Shown here: positions 10,326-22,045 of the stretch, piece after piece
Numbering within the stretch: position 1 is the stretch's first letter
Layout: every line of letters starts with the position of its first letter
Source of the DNA: Fonticula alba ATCC 38817
Lineage: Eukaryota; Protista; Nucleariida
Assembly (NCBI GenBank): GCA_000388065.2
Contig: KB932201.1
Strand: one strand, 5' to 3'
DNA: 64,000 bases
Notes under the pieces: generated by a model
Seen by the model: only the letters and a program-made list of their open reading frames with translations
The model's database searches: none
Told to the model about the DNA's origin: nothing
Translations under genes and position numbers: made by a program

Positions 10326-12735
10326 CTAGATGACATTCTCCTGGCCGCTGTCGTCGCTGTCGTTGTCAGACGACAGGTCCAAGGGCTCGGCCCCGGAGGG
10401 GGGAGCAGCAGCATCGCTGTCCCCGGCCCCGGAGGGGCTGGCCACGGAGCGTGGCGAGGAGGGTGCCGCGGCCGCGGCCGCCGCCGTCACCTCAGGGGTG
10501 GTGGTGACCACCATCGGCGGCTCGGAGACCACCACGGTGGTGGCAGCTGGGGGAACGGTGGTCGGGGCGGCATGCGGCTGCTGGTCGGCGGCCGAGAGAG
10601 ACTGGACATCGGAGCCGGCCAGCGAGGCGATGCTCTGGGCCCCGATAGAAGCACGCCCTGCCATCTGGTAGGTGCTGTCCACGGGCGACATGGCCGTCAG
10701 GCAGGGGGAGGGCATGGCCGAGGAGATGGAGCCGGTGGCCACGGCACCCGGCAAGTGGGACATGCTCATGTTCGGAGAGGTGGCCTCGGATTCATTCTCG
10801 GCCATGGACTCCAGCTCGTATTCGGTGGTCGTGCTGTAGGTGGCGTACGAGGGGGTAATCTCGTGCATGGAGATGGACTTCTCCAGGTCGCGGTCCTTGC
10901 CATTGGCGCGGTTCTTGCGGTCCTGCTTGCGAGAAGAGCGCGACGCGCCGGTCGAGCCGCGACCGCCACTGGACGAGTCGAAGGCGAACTCGAAGTGCGC
11001 GGCAAAGCGAACGAGGTACTCCTCGCGGTTGAAGATGCTGCGCGCATGAGAGCAAGGCGAGGGGGGGGGGGGGGAGGGAGGGACAGTCAGCAAGGGGTGC
11101 ACATGATGGGGCGCCACCACCACCGGGGGGGGGGAGGGAGAAAGCAGTCACATCCGGGGGCGCGGCAAAGGGCGACCAAAGGAGCGTGAGGCAGGGAGGG
11201 GCCCGGACGTACTGGTGGTAGAGCGGGATGCCGACAATCGGCCAGTAGAAAATCATCACCGAGGCCCAGGGGAGGACAATGCCCCAGTAGCCCCCGGGCA
11301 TGGTGTGATACCGGTGCGAGGAGATGGCAATGTAGGAGGCGAAGAGCACGGCGAAGATGCTCAGCTGGAAGAGCGTGCGCCGGTACTCGTTGAAGTGCTT
11401 GGGCGGGAGCTTGCGATTGATGAACATCAGCCCGGCCAGGCCGAGGAAGCTCCAAATGAACACGGTCAAGTTGATCCACACATGGAAGGGCTTGACATTG
11501 ATGCAGACCAGGGTCTTGATTGAGCCGGCCTGTAATTTTAAGGGACAGGGGGGCGAAAGGGGGAGACGAGAGGAGGACGGTAAGCAGCAGGTTGAGAGGA
11601 GGGGAAGATGGCAAAATGCGAGGGGGTGACACGCACCACCGGGAACAGGCGAATCATGTTCATGGAGGTGAGGATGATGGCATCAATCAGGTGGGGCAGG
11701 TAGAAGAGGAAGGTCACGCCGTAGAGGGTCCAGAAGGTCATCTTGATCTTCTTGAAAATGAGGAACAGGCGCCACATGCGGAAGAAGAACATGGCCAGGA
11801 ACAGCCCCAGGCCGAAGGGGACCATGAGCCAGTCTGGAAATGGTCCACATGTGCCGGGGAGGAGAGCGGCGGCAGGGGGGGGGGGGGGGATGGAAAGCAC
11901 GCGCGAGTCACCGGGGTCAGAGGGGTGGGTGCAGGCAGGCGGCGACAAAAAGGAACGAGCATGTGGCGCGTCCTCAAGCGGCATAGGACGCACAGTAGAA
12001 AATGCACCACCAGGGCCAGAAGCAGGGGATGAACTTGTAGACAGTCTGAGCAGGCGTGTGTGTGCGTGTGTGTATGTGTGTGTGTGTGTACGAGCGAGTG
12101 TAAAGTGCCAGGCGGACGGGTCAGTATCAGGGGAGAGGGCGCACCAGGGCGGTGGCAGAGGTGGGCAGGTGGGAGGGCCAGCAGCGAAAGGCGAGGGCAC
12201 AGGAGCAACGCACGCAAACGCCAACAAAGAAGTTGATACCGCCTGGGGGAGGCCGCGGGAGGAAGGTCGAGCCATGCGTGTCAAGGTGTGAAGGTGGCGC
12301 AGTCAGCAGGGGGAAGGCGCCGGAGGAAGATGCAGCAGGGGGTCGGCCCGGGCTCAGAGCCGATGAAGGGGCAGGGTGGGAGGAAAGGAAGAAGAAAAAG
12401 GCACAGGGAGACGTACCGATGATCATGCCGCCGACGACGGCCGGCTGGCGTGCCTTGAAGGGAAGCCAGTTCCGGTTGAACCAGATGTACACGAAGGAGA
12501 CGAAGGACAGAATGAGGGTAAAGAAACCGATGGACCCGAGGATGGTCTTGCCGAGGACCTGGCCCAGCTCGACGGCCAGGTCAACCGACGGGTCGGTCCA
12601 GCCAAGCTGCCCCTGGGGGGTGATGTAAAGCTGGTACTTGGGCGAGCCGGCGGCGGAGATGTTGTCGGCGGCACTCTGCGAGATGCTGGCGAACAGCTCC
12701 GGCAGGGTGGCGATGACGGGGGTTAACCCGGACAT
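10326..12735 (-). CDS. Seven-transmembrane receptor, class C (7tm_3)-like, short N-terminus, long Ser/Thr-rich C-tail; 6 exons
   Basis: Exons 12735-12417, 12242-12214, 12045-11994, 11833-11637, 11529-11213, 11037-10326 join in frame via GT-AG. Seven hydrophobic helices; class C-like motifs RNWLPFKARQP (ICL1), FFRMWRLFLIF (end of TM3) and PKHFNEYR (ICL3); Cys at the top of TM3 and in ECL2. Confidence 0.8.
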
Positions 12736-14074
12736 GGTGAAAGTGGGGCTGGTGCTGTGGCTATGCTGCTGCTGCTTGTGGGCCGGGGGCAGGGGGGGGG
12801 GGGGTGCGAAGGCCCGGCGGGGGCATACCCATTCCGACTGGTAGACCAGGCAGGCGGCCACGAAGGGGGGGGAAGTGAGTAGCCGCGTGGTGGGGAGGGG
12901 AGGCGAGGGGAGGGCGGGGAGGGGGGCGTACACAAAGTGACAGGCCAGAGGGGAGGGATCGCTTCGCCGAGGGGTGGACGAGGAGGGGCGGTGGCTGGGC
13001 CTTTCGCTCACTCGCTCACTCTCTCACTGAGGGGAGGGGGGATACCTGGCTCCAAGGAGGGGGGGGGGGGGCGGGCACGCGCGCCTGGATCGAGGGGATC
13101 CAAGGTGGGGCGGGGCGAGAAGGGAGGCAAGGGGGTGGAGTAGGGCGGGGCGGGGGCAAGGACAGAAGGAGGTGGCGAGAGGGCAGGCCTGTGAAACGCC
13201 AGGTGGGAGCGATGCCGGGAAGGCCCGTCGGTTCCCGGAGCAGTCTGCCGCGGTTTTCTCACCCACACCCGGGGCAGAGGGCGGGCCGACCTGGAAGGAA
13301 CGCCCGGGCAGGGGTGCCGGGGCGGCGGCGGGGGGGGGGAGGGCGCACGAGACAGCGCGAGTGTAGCCGGCGATCCGCTCGACCACGCCCGGATATGGTC
13401 AAGGGGCCATTCTCCCGGGCCGGGGAAGGCGTCCGGGCGTTGCCTCGCGCTTGGCGGGCGCCGCGGTCGGGGCAGTGTCTCTCCCCCACCCCCGGCCCCC
13501 ACTCGCATGTGCACAGCCTCCCCCCCCCCCCCCCTCGCGCACTCTAAGGCCCGGAGCTCTCCGGTGGCGGGCGACCAGCGGGGGCTGTGTCGGGTTTTTT
13601 TTTTCCCGCAACACCGCACGATGCGTGCGTGTGTGAATAGGTGGCAGCCGCGGCTCGGCCCTCGGCGGCCCGACCTGGCGGGGAGGGTGTTGTTCGGGTT
13701 GTCCACCCCGGGGTTTGTTTGCCCTGCCTTCGTGTCCGGGGCATATGTCGCCAGGCTCGCGGGCACTCCCCCCTCCGGGCAGCCAGAGTAGCTGGTGGCC
13801 AGGGGCGGCGCCGGGGGGAGGGCAAAGAGAAGAAAAGCCCAGGTCGATGTGCGGCGTGGCACACCGACACGATCTCCTCTGCCGTGTGTTCTCCGGGGGG
13901 GGGGGGGGGGCTCGCGCGGCGGATCCCAAGATCCACAGCACCCCGGTCCGAGGCCCGGCCACCCGGACGCATGGTGACCGGCGCGCCCGCGCGGTCAGCA
14001 ACAGGCGTGCTTGCGCGCGCGTTTGTGCGATGGCTCGCGCGGGGACTTTCGGCTCGGCCAGCGGGCGCCGGCGG

Positions 14075-14280
14075 NNNNNNNNNNNNNNNNNNNNNNNNNN
14101 NNNNNNNNNNNNNNNNNNNNNNNNNNNNNNNNNNNNNNNNNNNNNNNNNNNNNNNNNNNNNNNNNNNNNNNNNNNNNNNNNNNNNNNNNNNNNNNNNNNN
14201 NNNNNNNNNNNNNNNNNNNNNNNNNNNNNNNNNNNNNNNNNNNNNNNNNNNNNNNNNNNNNNNNNNNNNNNNNNNNNNNN
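14075..14280. other. Assembly gap (N run)
   Basis: N run. Confidence 1.
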
Positions 14281-17200
14281 CCCCCCGGCAGGCCAGGCGC
14301 GCCCCGCACCCCTACCCCCGTCGCGAGCCAATGTACCGTCCCCCGGCCATGCCGCCACCCGGCCGGGGAAGGAATGGCGAGAGAGAGAAAGAGAGAGAGC
14401 CCCCCCCCCACCTCCCCCTCGAGGGGCGGATGGCGAGCGCGGGGCGCGCCTTCGGGCGGGACACCCTCGCACAGGGGCCTCCCTCCGGTCGCCGGGCGGT
14501 TGTCTCTCGCGACGGCCCCCCCCTCCCCCCGGGCGGCCACGCCGGCGAGGGGGTACCCGTCCGCCCCGGCTCCTTCGGCTGCCTGACAGACACGGGCGTG
14601 CTCGCCTGGCCACCGGCCACATCTGTGTGCGCGCCCGCGCGTAAACAAAGGCCAAACAGTGTAGCGTGGCCTGGGGGCAAACAAATGCGCAGCCGGGGCG
14701 CCAGCGGGACGTCGCCGGCCGGGGGCCGCCAGCCGGGGCGCTCGGGCGCCGGGGCGCTCTGCACCGTGCAGGGGGCACCTCCGGAGGGTTGGTCTTAGCA
14801 TTGGCCGGGCCATTGCGCCTGTTCGCCGGCCATTGGTGCTAGCCGGCGCCCTCCGGCGGCCGGGACGGGGGAGGAGGGGCGATCCTTTTGCGGGCAGGGC
14901 GATTGGAGAGAGGAGCCCGCACCGCCAGGGCTGTCCCGGCCGGGGGGCCTCCGCGCCCCGCCCCCCCCCCCCTGAATAGTTGCCACAGAACGCGTCCGGT
15001 GGAAATGCGATTGGCATGCACCGGCGGTGCACTGGCTCCGCCGGTGCCTCCCCGCACCCCCCCCCCACCGGGGGAGCCCGCCTCGGCCACCTCCCCGGCG
15101 ACTGGGGCGCCCGCCGGGTAGGCTTCCGTGCGCCGGGCAGTGCGAAGCCCCGGTCCGGGGGACAAATAAACCCCGCGTATGCACCCATCCGGGCCCTGCG
15201 CCCCTCACTCCCGGGCAGGCCGCAGGAAGGGGCCCCCTCCATCGGTGCCCCAGTCGCGGCGCGGGGGCGAGGCGCGGCCCGGGAGACGGATGCCGACCGC
15301 CCTTTCGGGTCGGAACTCCACGCCTGGGCCAGCCTAACGTATGCGCCTGGCTCCATGCGTGTTTCTCTCACTCTCCGCCCCCTTCTCGCGCTCGCGCCCG
15401 CACTCCGCGACGCATGAGGGCCCGGGGGCCACTGGCCGCGGCCGGTGCCGATGATACACGCTCCCAGCCCGGAGCACCCGGGGCACGTGCACGCACAATG
15501 GCGCTCACAGGTGTCTGCCCGCCCCGCCCCGCCCCCCGGCCCGGGGCCCCGCTCCGCTCCGGCCTCCGCGGCACCCGAGTCGTCCTGGGACAGACGAAAC
15601 GGCATGGCGGCGTCGGGCCGTGCGGCAGCCCCCGCCCCCGGCGTACGCCCCCTCCCCCTGGGACTCCTGATCTCCGTCGGTCAAGGGCTGCGGCGAGAGG
15701 CGGACCGGTCCCTGTGGGGCTGGCCTGCCTGTGAGTCGGGCGGCAAGGCACGGGCGCGCTGCCCGCGCCGGCGGCCATCCGCCGGAACACGCGTGGTCTG
15801 ATCCCCCCCGCCTCTCCCTGCCCGAAGGCCGCCCGACATATCCCCCGGCGGCGGTCCGCCCACATGCAGCCCCTGCCGGGGATGGGGAGGGGATGCTCCA
15901 CGGGCTCCGGCGCCCCCTTCGCAGTTCGGAGTACGGGGCGGTTCGTCCGGGGAATCCGGCGGTCGACGTGGGCCGGCCCCCCCCCCCCGGCAAACCCGCA
16001 GCCGGACGCCAATCTTTCCCGACGCATGCCGCGCGCGCGCCGGGGCCTCCTTTCCTGGCCCTCGGGCGAGGGCCGGGAGGGGGCGGCGGGGCAGGCCGGG
16101 CCGGCTGCGTTGCTCCGGCGCTTGGGCAACCCGCTGGCGCCGGGCCCTGCAGCACCGACCGACCCGGCCCAGCGGGCGAGGGGCCCCGTGCGTGCCGCGG
16201 CCCAAGCACTTACGCCCTCGGCGTCCGGGCAACCCCGCCGACGCCACCGCGCCGCCCAGGAGGCCGGGCCGGGCCGCAGACGGGAGCGCCCTGGCGCCCG
16301 ACCCGAGGTCCCCCGCCCAGCTGGGGCGTTCCCCCCTGTGAAGTCCCAAGGGGGGGGGGGGGCGGGTTCGGCAGCCGGCCACCTTGTCGACAAGAATACG
16401 ACATCGCGCCACGGCCGGAGCCGCATGGCGGGGCGCAACGCGCCGGGCTCCCCCCCCCCCCCCCCGACCGGGAAGCGGGCGCGTTGCCCCGGCTTGAGCA
16501 GGGCCACACCCACGCACACCCAGCGTACACACGACCACGCAGGCACCTCCTCGGGGCAGGGCCGTGCCGGGGAGGCCTCCGGCGGCGCGGCACCCGCGCA
16601 CGGGCGCGGGCATTCCTGCGCGGACTGGCGTCGGACGACGGGACGCCCGCCGGGGGGCCATCTCACCACCGTGGGCACGGGCGCCCAAACAAACCCAGGG
16701 ACCAGCGCAGGCGCCGACGCCGGGGAGCGTGCACTAGCCGCGCGCGCGCGCGCGCGAGCGCCCGACGATCGGAAAAAGAGCCGGCGCCCGCCAATGCCTT
16801 CGACACCCCCCCCCCCGGGCGAGGGTGACTCAGACGGGCCCGGAGACCGGCGGCCGGGGATGCCCGCCCCGCCGGCCGCGAGGCGAGGGCCTGCTGACGC
16901 CCGGCCGCGCCCCATTCCCCCCAGCAGGGGGGGGGGGGGGGGAGGCGGGGCGGAATGTGCTCCGGTCTCGGGGGCCCTCGATGGCAATCTCCGTTGCGAG
17001 GGCGCGCTCGGGGGTACGGTGCGCCTCCGGTTTGCCGGTCTCCAACGATCGCGCCAGCCGGCTGGGAAAGAGCGCGCGCCGGAGCCGGGGTTCGGGCGCA
17101 TCACCCCAGGCCCCCGGGGCCCGTGTGGGAATCACCGCACAAACAGAGGAGGCCGCCCTTACGCCCGGCAGCCGGGTAGTCCGGGCACTTGGGGGAGGGG

Positions 17201-18032
17201 GGGGGGAGGGGGGGGCGAGAGACCCGGGGCGGCCCGCGCGTCCGACTGCGCCCCGGGGCCTCCGAATCCCAGGCGCGAGGGGCGACGCCTGGCGAAAAAG
17301 CGCCGCCGGAGGTCCCACTCCCCCTGGCCCCCCGCCGGCCCGGCGCGCCCGCAGGCCATAGAAGCCTGGGACGCCCCGGCCCTCGACGAGGCGGCGACGA
17401 ACCGACACCATGGGTCAGGGCGAACGGATGGACGGCTGTTTCACTCCCTTACGGGGCCTGCGCCACGGCGTTGCGCCCACCTGTAACTCTTGGCGATTTC
17501 AAATCCCGCCCCGCCCTGCGGGAAATGCATCTCCTGGGCCGCGCTGAGGCACATCGGCCGGCGCACAACCATGTCCCCCGCTCGTCCCCCGGGCGCGCGC
17601 CCCTGCCGGGGGCCGGGGCCGGGCGAGAGCCGGGGGAGTCTTCTCTCGTCCAGCCCCGGGCTGGAAATCGCCTCGGGGCCCGGCAGCCAGAAGGCGGCCG
17701 GCCGCGCCTCCCATGCCTTCTCTCTCTCTCTCTCTCTCTCCCTCTCTCGCCGGGCGTGAGCGGCCCCGCGGCCCCGCCCGCCCGCCAGAGCAGGACGCAC
17801 CCCGCCCGGCCTGGCTGCCGCGTCAACCTCGGGCCACGAGCCCGGCGCCAAGGGAGGCTCCCGTGGGGCCGCGACCCTGGCGCGCGCGCCCGCGCGAGCA
17901 TGTTGTGCGAAAGGCGCGCGGCCCCGGCTGAGCGCGGGGGCGACGCATTCCTGCGCCCTTTCTGGGAAGGCTCTGCTCCGTTTACCCCGCGTGCGCGCGC
18001 CGCCCGCCCAGGTCCCCTATCATCTGCATGCG

Positions 18033-18109
<77 letters not shown>
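18033..18109. repeat. Poly-C homopolymer of about 77 nt (length unreliable)
   Basis: Direct reading; one of very many G/C homopolymers in the window. Confidence 0.8.
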
Positions 18110-18963
18110 TTCCCTCGGACGCGCAGGAACTCCCCGGCCACCGAGCCCAAGCGCGCACAAAAGTTGACACCCCGCACACGCCCACACGCGCCATGCGATC
18201 GGCCCGCTCCCTCCGCCTGCTCAGTTGACCGATCCCGGCCCGCATGACAAAAGGATCGCCACTGCATGGCGCGCACTCTGAGCCCGCCCCCGGGCCCCTG
18301 CTCTTCACGCCCGGCCGCGTGCGAACAACGGTCACACTGACACGGACCGCAACGCCCTGGGGGGACGCCTCCTCCGGGGACCGCCCGGCGCGCGCCACTC
18401 CGAGCCAGGACAACGCCCCCCCCCGGCGGACTGGCTCGCGACGGGCCGGGTCGGCCTCGCAGTCGGGCCCCGAGATGGCCGATGTGCGTGATCACGAGAT
18501 GGGCTACAGGGCGAACATCGCTTATCAAGGTCCGCCAGGGGTCAAGCCGGGCACGGGGCACGCGCGCACCCGCCCGTCCAAGCGCCGGGCGGCCCCCCCC
18601 CCAGTCCCTCTGCCGCCGGCGGCTCCGTGGCACGTCTCTCGGGCGGACTCTTCCTGGGTGTGTGTGTGTGTGTGCGTGTGTGTGCGTGTTTCCGACGAAG
18701 TGTCCCTCTCGGGCCCTGGCCGACCCAGTTTGCGCGGTTTCCAGCCCGGAGTGCTTCAGGAGGCGGGCCTCCCGCCGTAGGGTGGTCGGCTCGGAGCAAT
18801 GGGGCGCCCCCGTTCGACGGTCTCCGGCATGAAAAAAAGAGCCATAAATATATATCCCCATTCCTCGGTCCACTCTCTGCCGCCCCTCCCTGGCAAGTTC
18901 GGCATGCGATCCCTGAGGGGCCTCCCCATGCTGGGGCGAGAGGGGCGCGTGAGCCCCCCCCCC

Positions 18964-19508
18964 NNNNNNNNNNNNNNNNNNNNNNNNNNNNNNNNNNNNN
19001 NNNNNNNNNNNNNNNNNNNNNNNNNNNNNNNNNNNNNNNNNNNNNNNNNNNNNNNNNNNNNNNNNNNNNNNNNNNNNNNNNNNNNNNNNNNNNNNNNNNN
19101 NNNNNNNNNNNNNNNNNNNNNNNNNNNNNNNNNNNNNNNNNNNNNNNNNNNNNNNNNNNNNNNNNNNNNNNNNNNNNNNNNNNNNNNNNNNNNNNNNNNN
19201 NNNNNNNNNNNNNNNNNNNNNNNNNNNNNNNNNNNNNNNNNNNNNNNNNNNNNNNNNNNNNNNNNNNNNNNNNNNNNNNNNNNNNNNNNNNNNNNNNNNN
19301 NNNNNNNNNNNNNNNNNNNNNNNNNNNNNNNNNNNNNNNNNNNNNNNNNNNNNNNNNNNNNNNNNNNNNNNNNNNNNNNNNNNNNNNNNNNNNNNNNNNN
19401 NNNNNNNNNNNNNNNNNNNNNNNNNNNNNNNNNNNNNNNNNNNNNNNNNNNNNNNNNNNNNNNNNNNNNNNNNNNNNNNNNNNNNNNNNNNNNNNNNNNN
19501 NNNNNNNN
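18964..19508. other. Assembly gap (N run)
   Basis: N run. Confidence 1.
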
Positions 19509-19777
19509 ACACTTTTCTCGCACGACCGCCGACGAGATCCCCGCCTTTCACCGCACCAGGGTCTCCCCCCCCCTTCCGGCCTGCTCATGACCCAGTCGGG
19601 GCTTCCCTTGATCGGCAGTTGTGTATTGTTACAGGGGGGTGTCTTTCTTTCTCTCTTCCCCCTTCTCTGGTGCTTTGTCTTCTCGCCACCCAGCTTCCAC
19701 CCTTACGCTCTCCCCCACAAGGGGGCACGCGTCCGTGTGAGTGTGGCTGGACAGGCGTGGCAGAGCAGGAAAGGCCG

Positions 19778-19821
<44 letters not shown>

Positions 19822-19990
19822 GCGCGCGCGTGCGAGGGGGCAAGGACATACGAGCAGACAGCGAGAAGCGGCGCACATGGGCGCATGCAGCGGGGCGCGA
19901 ATGCCGCCATCCCGCGGCGTGCGGCTCTTCTCCTGGCTGCGCTTTTCTCCTTGACCACCCCCACACGCACACGCACACACAAACACAAAC

Positions 19991-20029
<39 letters not shown>

Positions 20030-20050
20030 CACGGGCCCCCGCCCCTCCCA

Positions 20051-21988
20051 TCAGTTGATCTCGATGTTGAAGATGTCCGAGTAGATGGCGCGGTCCTCCA
20101 GGATGGACGGGTCCTCCGGGTCGATGCGGTTGAAGTGGAAGTCGTACAGCGGGAGCTCCTTCATCGGCGGCAGGACATCCATGTAGGGCATGATGTGCTC
20201 GACCATCGGCGAGTTGGCCCCCTGGTCCTTGTGGTAATTGACACCCTTGTCACGATAGTTCACCACGAAGGCCTGGCCATCGGGGAAGTTCGTGTACAGG
20301 GCGTAGTACCCGCGCTCGGCCGCGAAGCGCATGAACCAGGCCGACCAGACGGCTCGGCCGCCGCCACGCGCCAGGAACCAGCTGTTGGTGATCATGTTGC
20401 TGAAGAGCGGCTGGAAGGAGGGGTCGCTGGATTTCTCGTTGAACCTGGGAGAGAGGGAGATGGAGAGCGGGCGGTGCGCACACGGCAGGGTACCAGGGGG
20501 GGGGGGACACAGGGCCAAGCATTGGCGGTGGCCCGAGGGGGGACGCATTTATGTTTGCGCGTGTGGTGTGTATGTGTGTGTGTGTGTGTGCGTTTGTTAG
20601 TCGCCGGTGTGTGAAGCTACTCATCTTGGTGTGTGCGGCCCTTGTTGTGGGGTGGAGTCCCCTGCGTGCCCCCCCCCTCCCCGCCCCCCCCCCCAGAGTG
20701 ACCCCCCACACACGCGACCAAACACATCGCGAGCCCCCGAGAGACAGGTCACCATTGCCGCCTGCCCCACCCCTCCCCCCTTCTTCGATTCCCCTCTCCG
20801 AGTCTCGTGGCCCAAAATCTCGACGCCTCACCGCCATCTGCGCGCATGACACCGTCGGGACTCTTCCCCCGCCCCCCCTCTCTCTCTCTCCCCCGCCCGA
20901 CTGCCCAATCGTCGATGGGGCCCTCCACACACACACACAGCAGGGCATACGCACCAGGAGATGAACTCGGCCCAGTGGTGCGGGAAGAAGACCGGCCCCC
21001 AGGTGCTGAGCAGCTGGTAGCGGAAGAACTTGGCGTCGTGCGGCAGGAACTCCTTCGGGCGCTTGGGGTACCGGCCCGGGATCATGTGCTGGCTCTGCAG
21101 CATGATGCCATACACTCGCGGGTCAAACTGCTCCGGATTGAAGTAGTAATACTCGACGGCGCGCTTGAGCCACACATAGAAGTACGGGCTGACGATGTTG
21201 TCGTCCTCCAGGATGATGGCGATTTCGGTGGTGCCCATGGGGAACCAGGAGGCCAGCCACTGGCCGGCCAGGCCGTAGTGCTTGTCACGGGCGTGGACCT
21301 GCTTGCGGCCATGGCGCCAGCGGTACACCTCGGACATCTGCCGCACGCGGGCATACTCCTGCAGGGAGATGTCCGCCTCGTTGTTCGGGTCATTCTGCTC
21401 CAGGGTGGCATTGGCCACCAGCTCCGGCGACGGGAAGTCGATGTAGATGTCCAAGTCCACCTTGTCTCCCATGAAGTCCGCCGCATCCAGCGACCGGAAC
21501 AGCCGGAGCAGGGCGCGCGGCCGGTTGAAGGCGATGATCTTCACCGTCAGGCGGAAGTCCTTCACGGTGGCCGGAACCGGCCCGTTGCCGGGGGACAGGG
21601 CCGCGGGGCTGCTGGCCAGGGCGCGCATGCCGCTGGACCCGCGCGCCGGCGGCCCGGTCACATGGGCCAGCGGCAGGGTGTACGGCGTCGGGGCCTGCAG
21701 CCCGGGGAAGGCCTGGCACCGGAGGTCATCATCCACCAGCCACATGGAGATGTTCATGAAGCGCTGGCGCTTGTTGTCCACGCCGATGATGTAGTTGTTG
21801 TGGATGGCAGCCGGCCACTCGCCGTTCTTCTGAGACAGCTTGTCAATGAAGAAGCTGTTGTTCGATTGTGGGTGTATCCCCCCGCCCGGTCCGTAGCCGC
21901 GGCCGAGCGCCGAGAGAGGGTGCATTTTGCGTTCTGATGTCAGTGGGCGTTGTCACTTCGGATCTTCTCTCTCTTCCTCTCTGTGGCA

Positions 21989-22045
<57 letters not shown>

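Noticed and set aside
10365-10395. PLDLS (CtBP-binding-like motif) in the GPCR C-tail
   Set aside because: A short motif in a low-complexity cytosolic tail of a membrane protein; likely chance.
15368-17486. 540-578-aa ORFs on both strands in the gene-free tract
   Set aside because: Composition is Arg/Gly/Pro/Ala noise with homopolymer-derived runs, no motifs, and no matching splice structure.
18244-18780. 178-aa ORF with a protein-looking patch (EMADVRDHEMGYRANIAYQG)
   Set aside because: Many T/A-ending codons unlike the real genes, it runs into a (GT)n repeat, and there is no recognisable domain; cannot be supported without RNA data.
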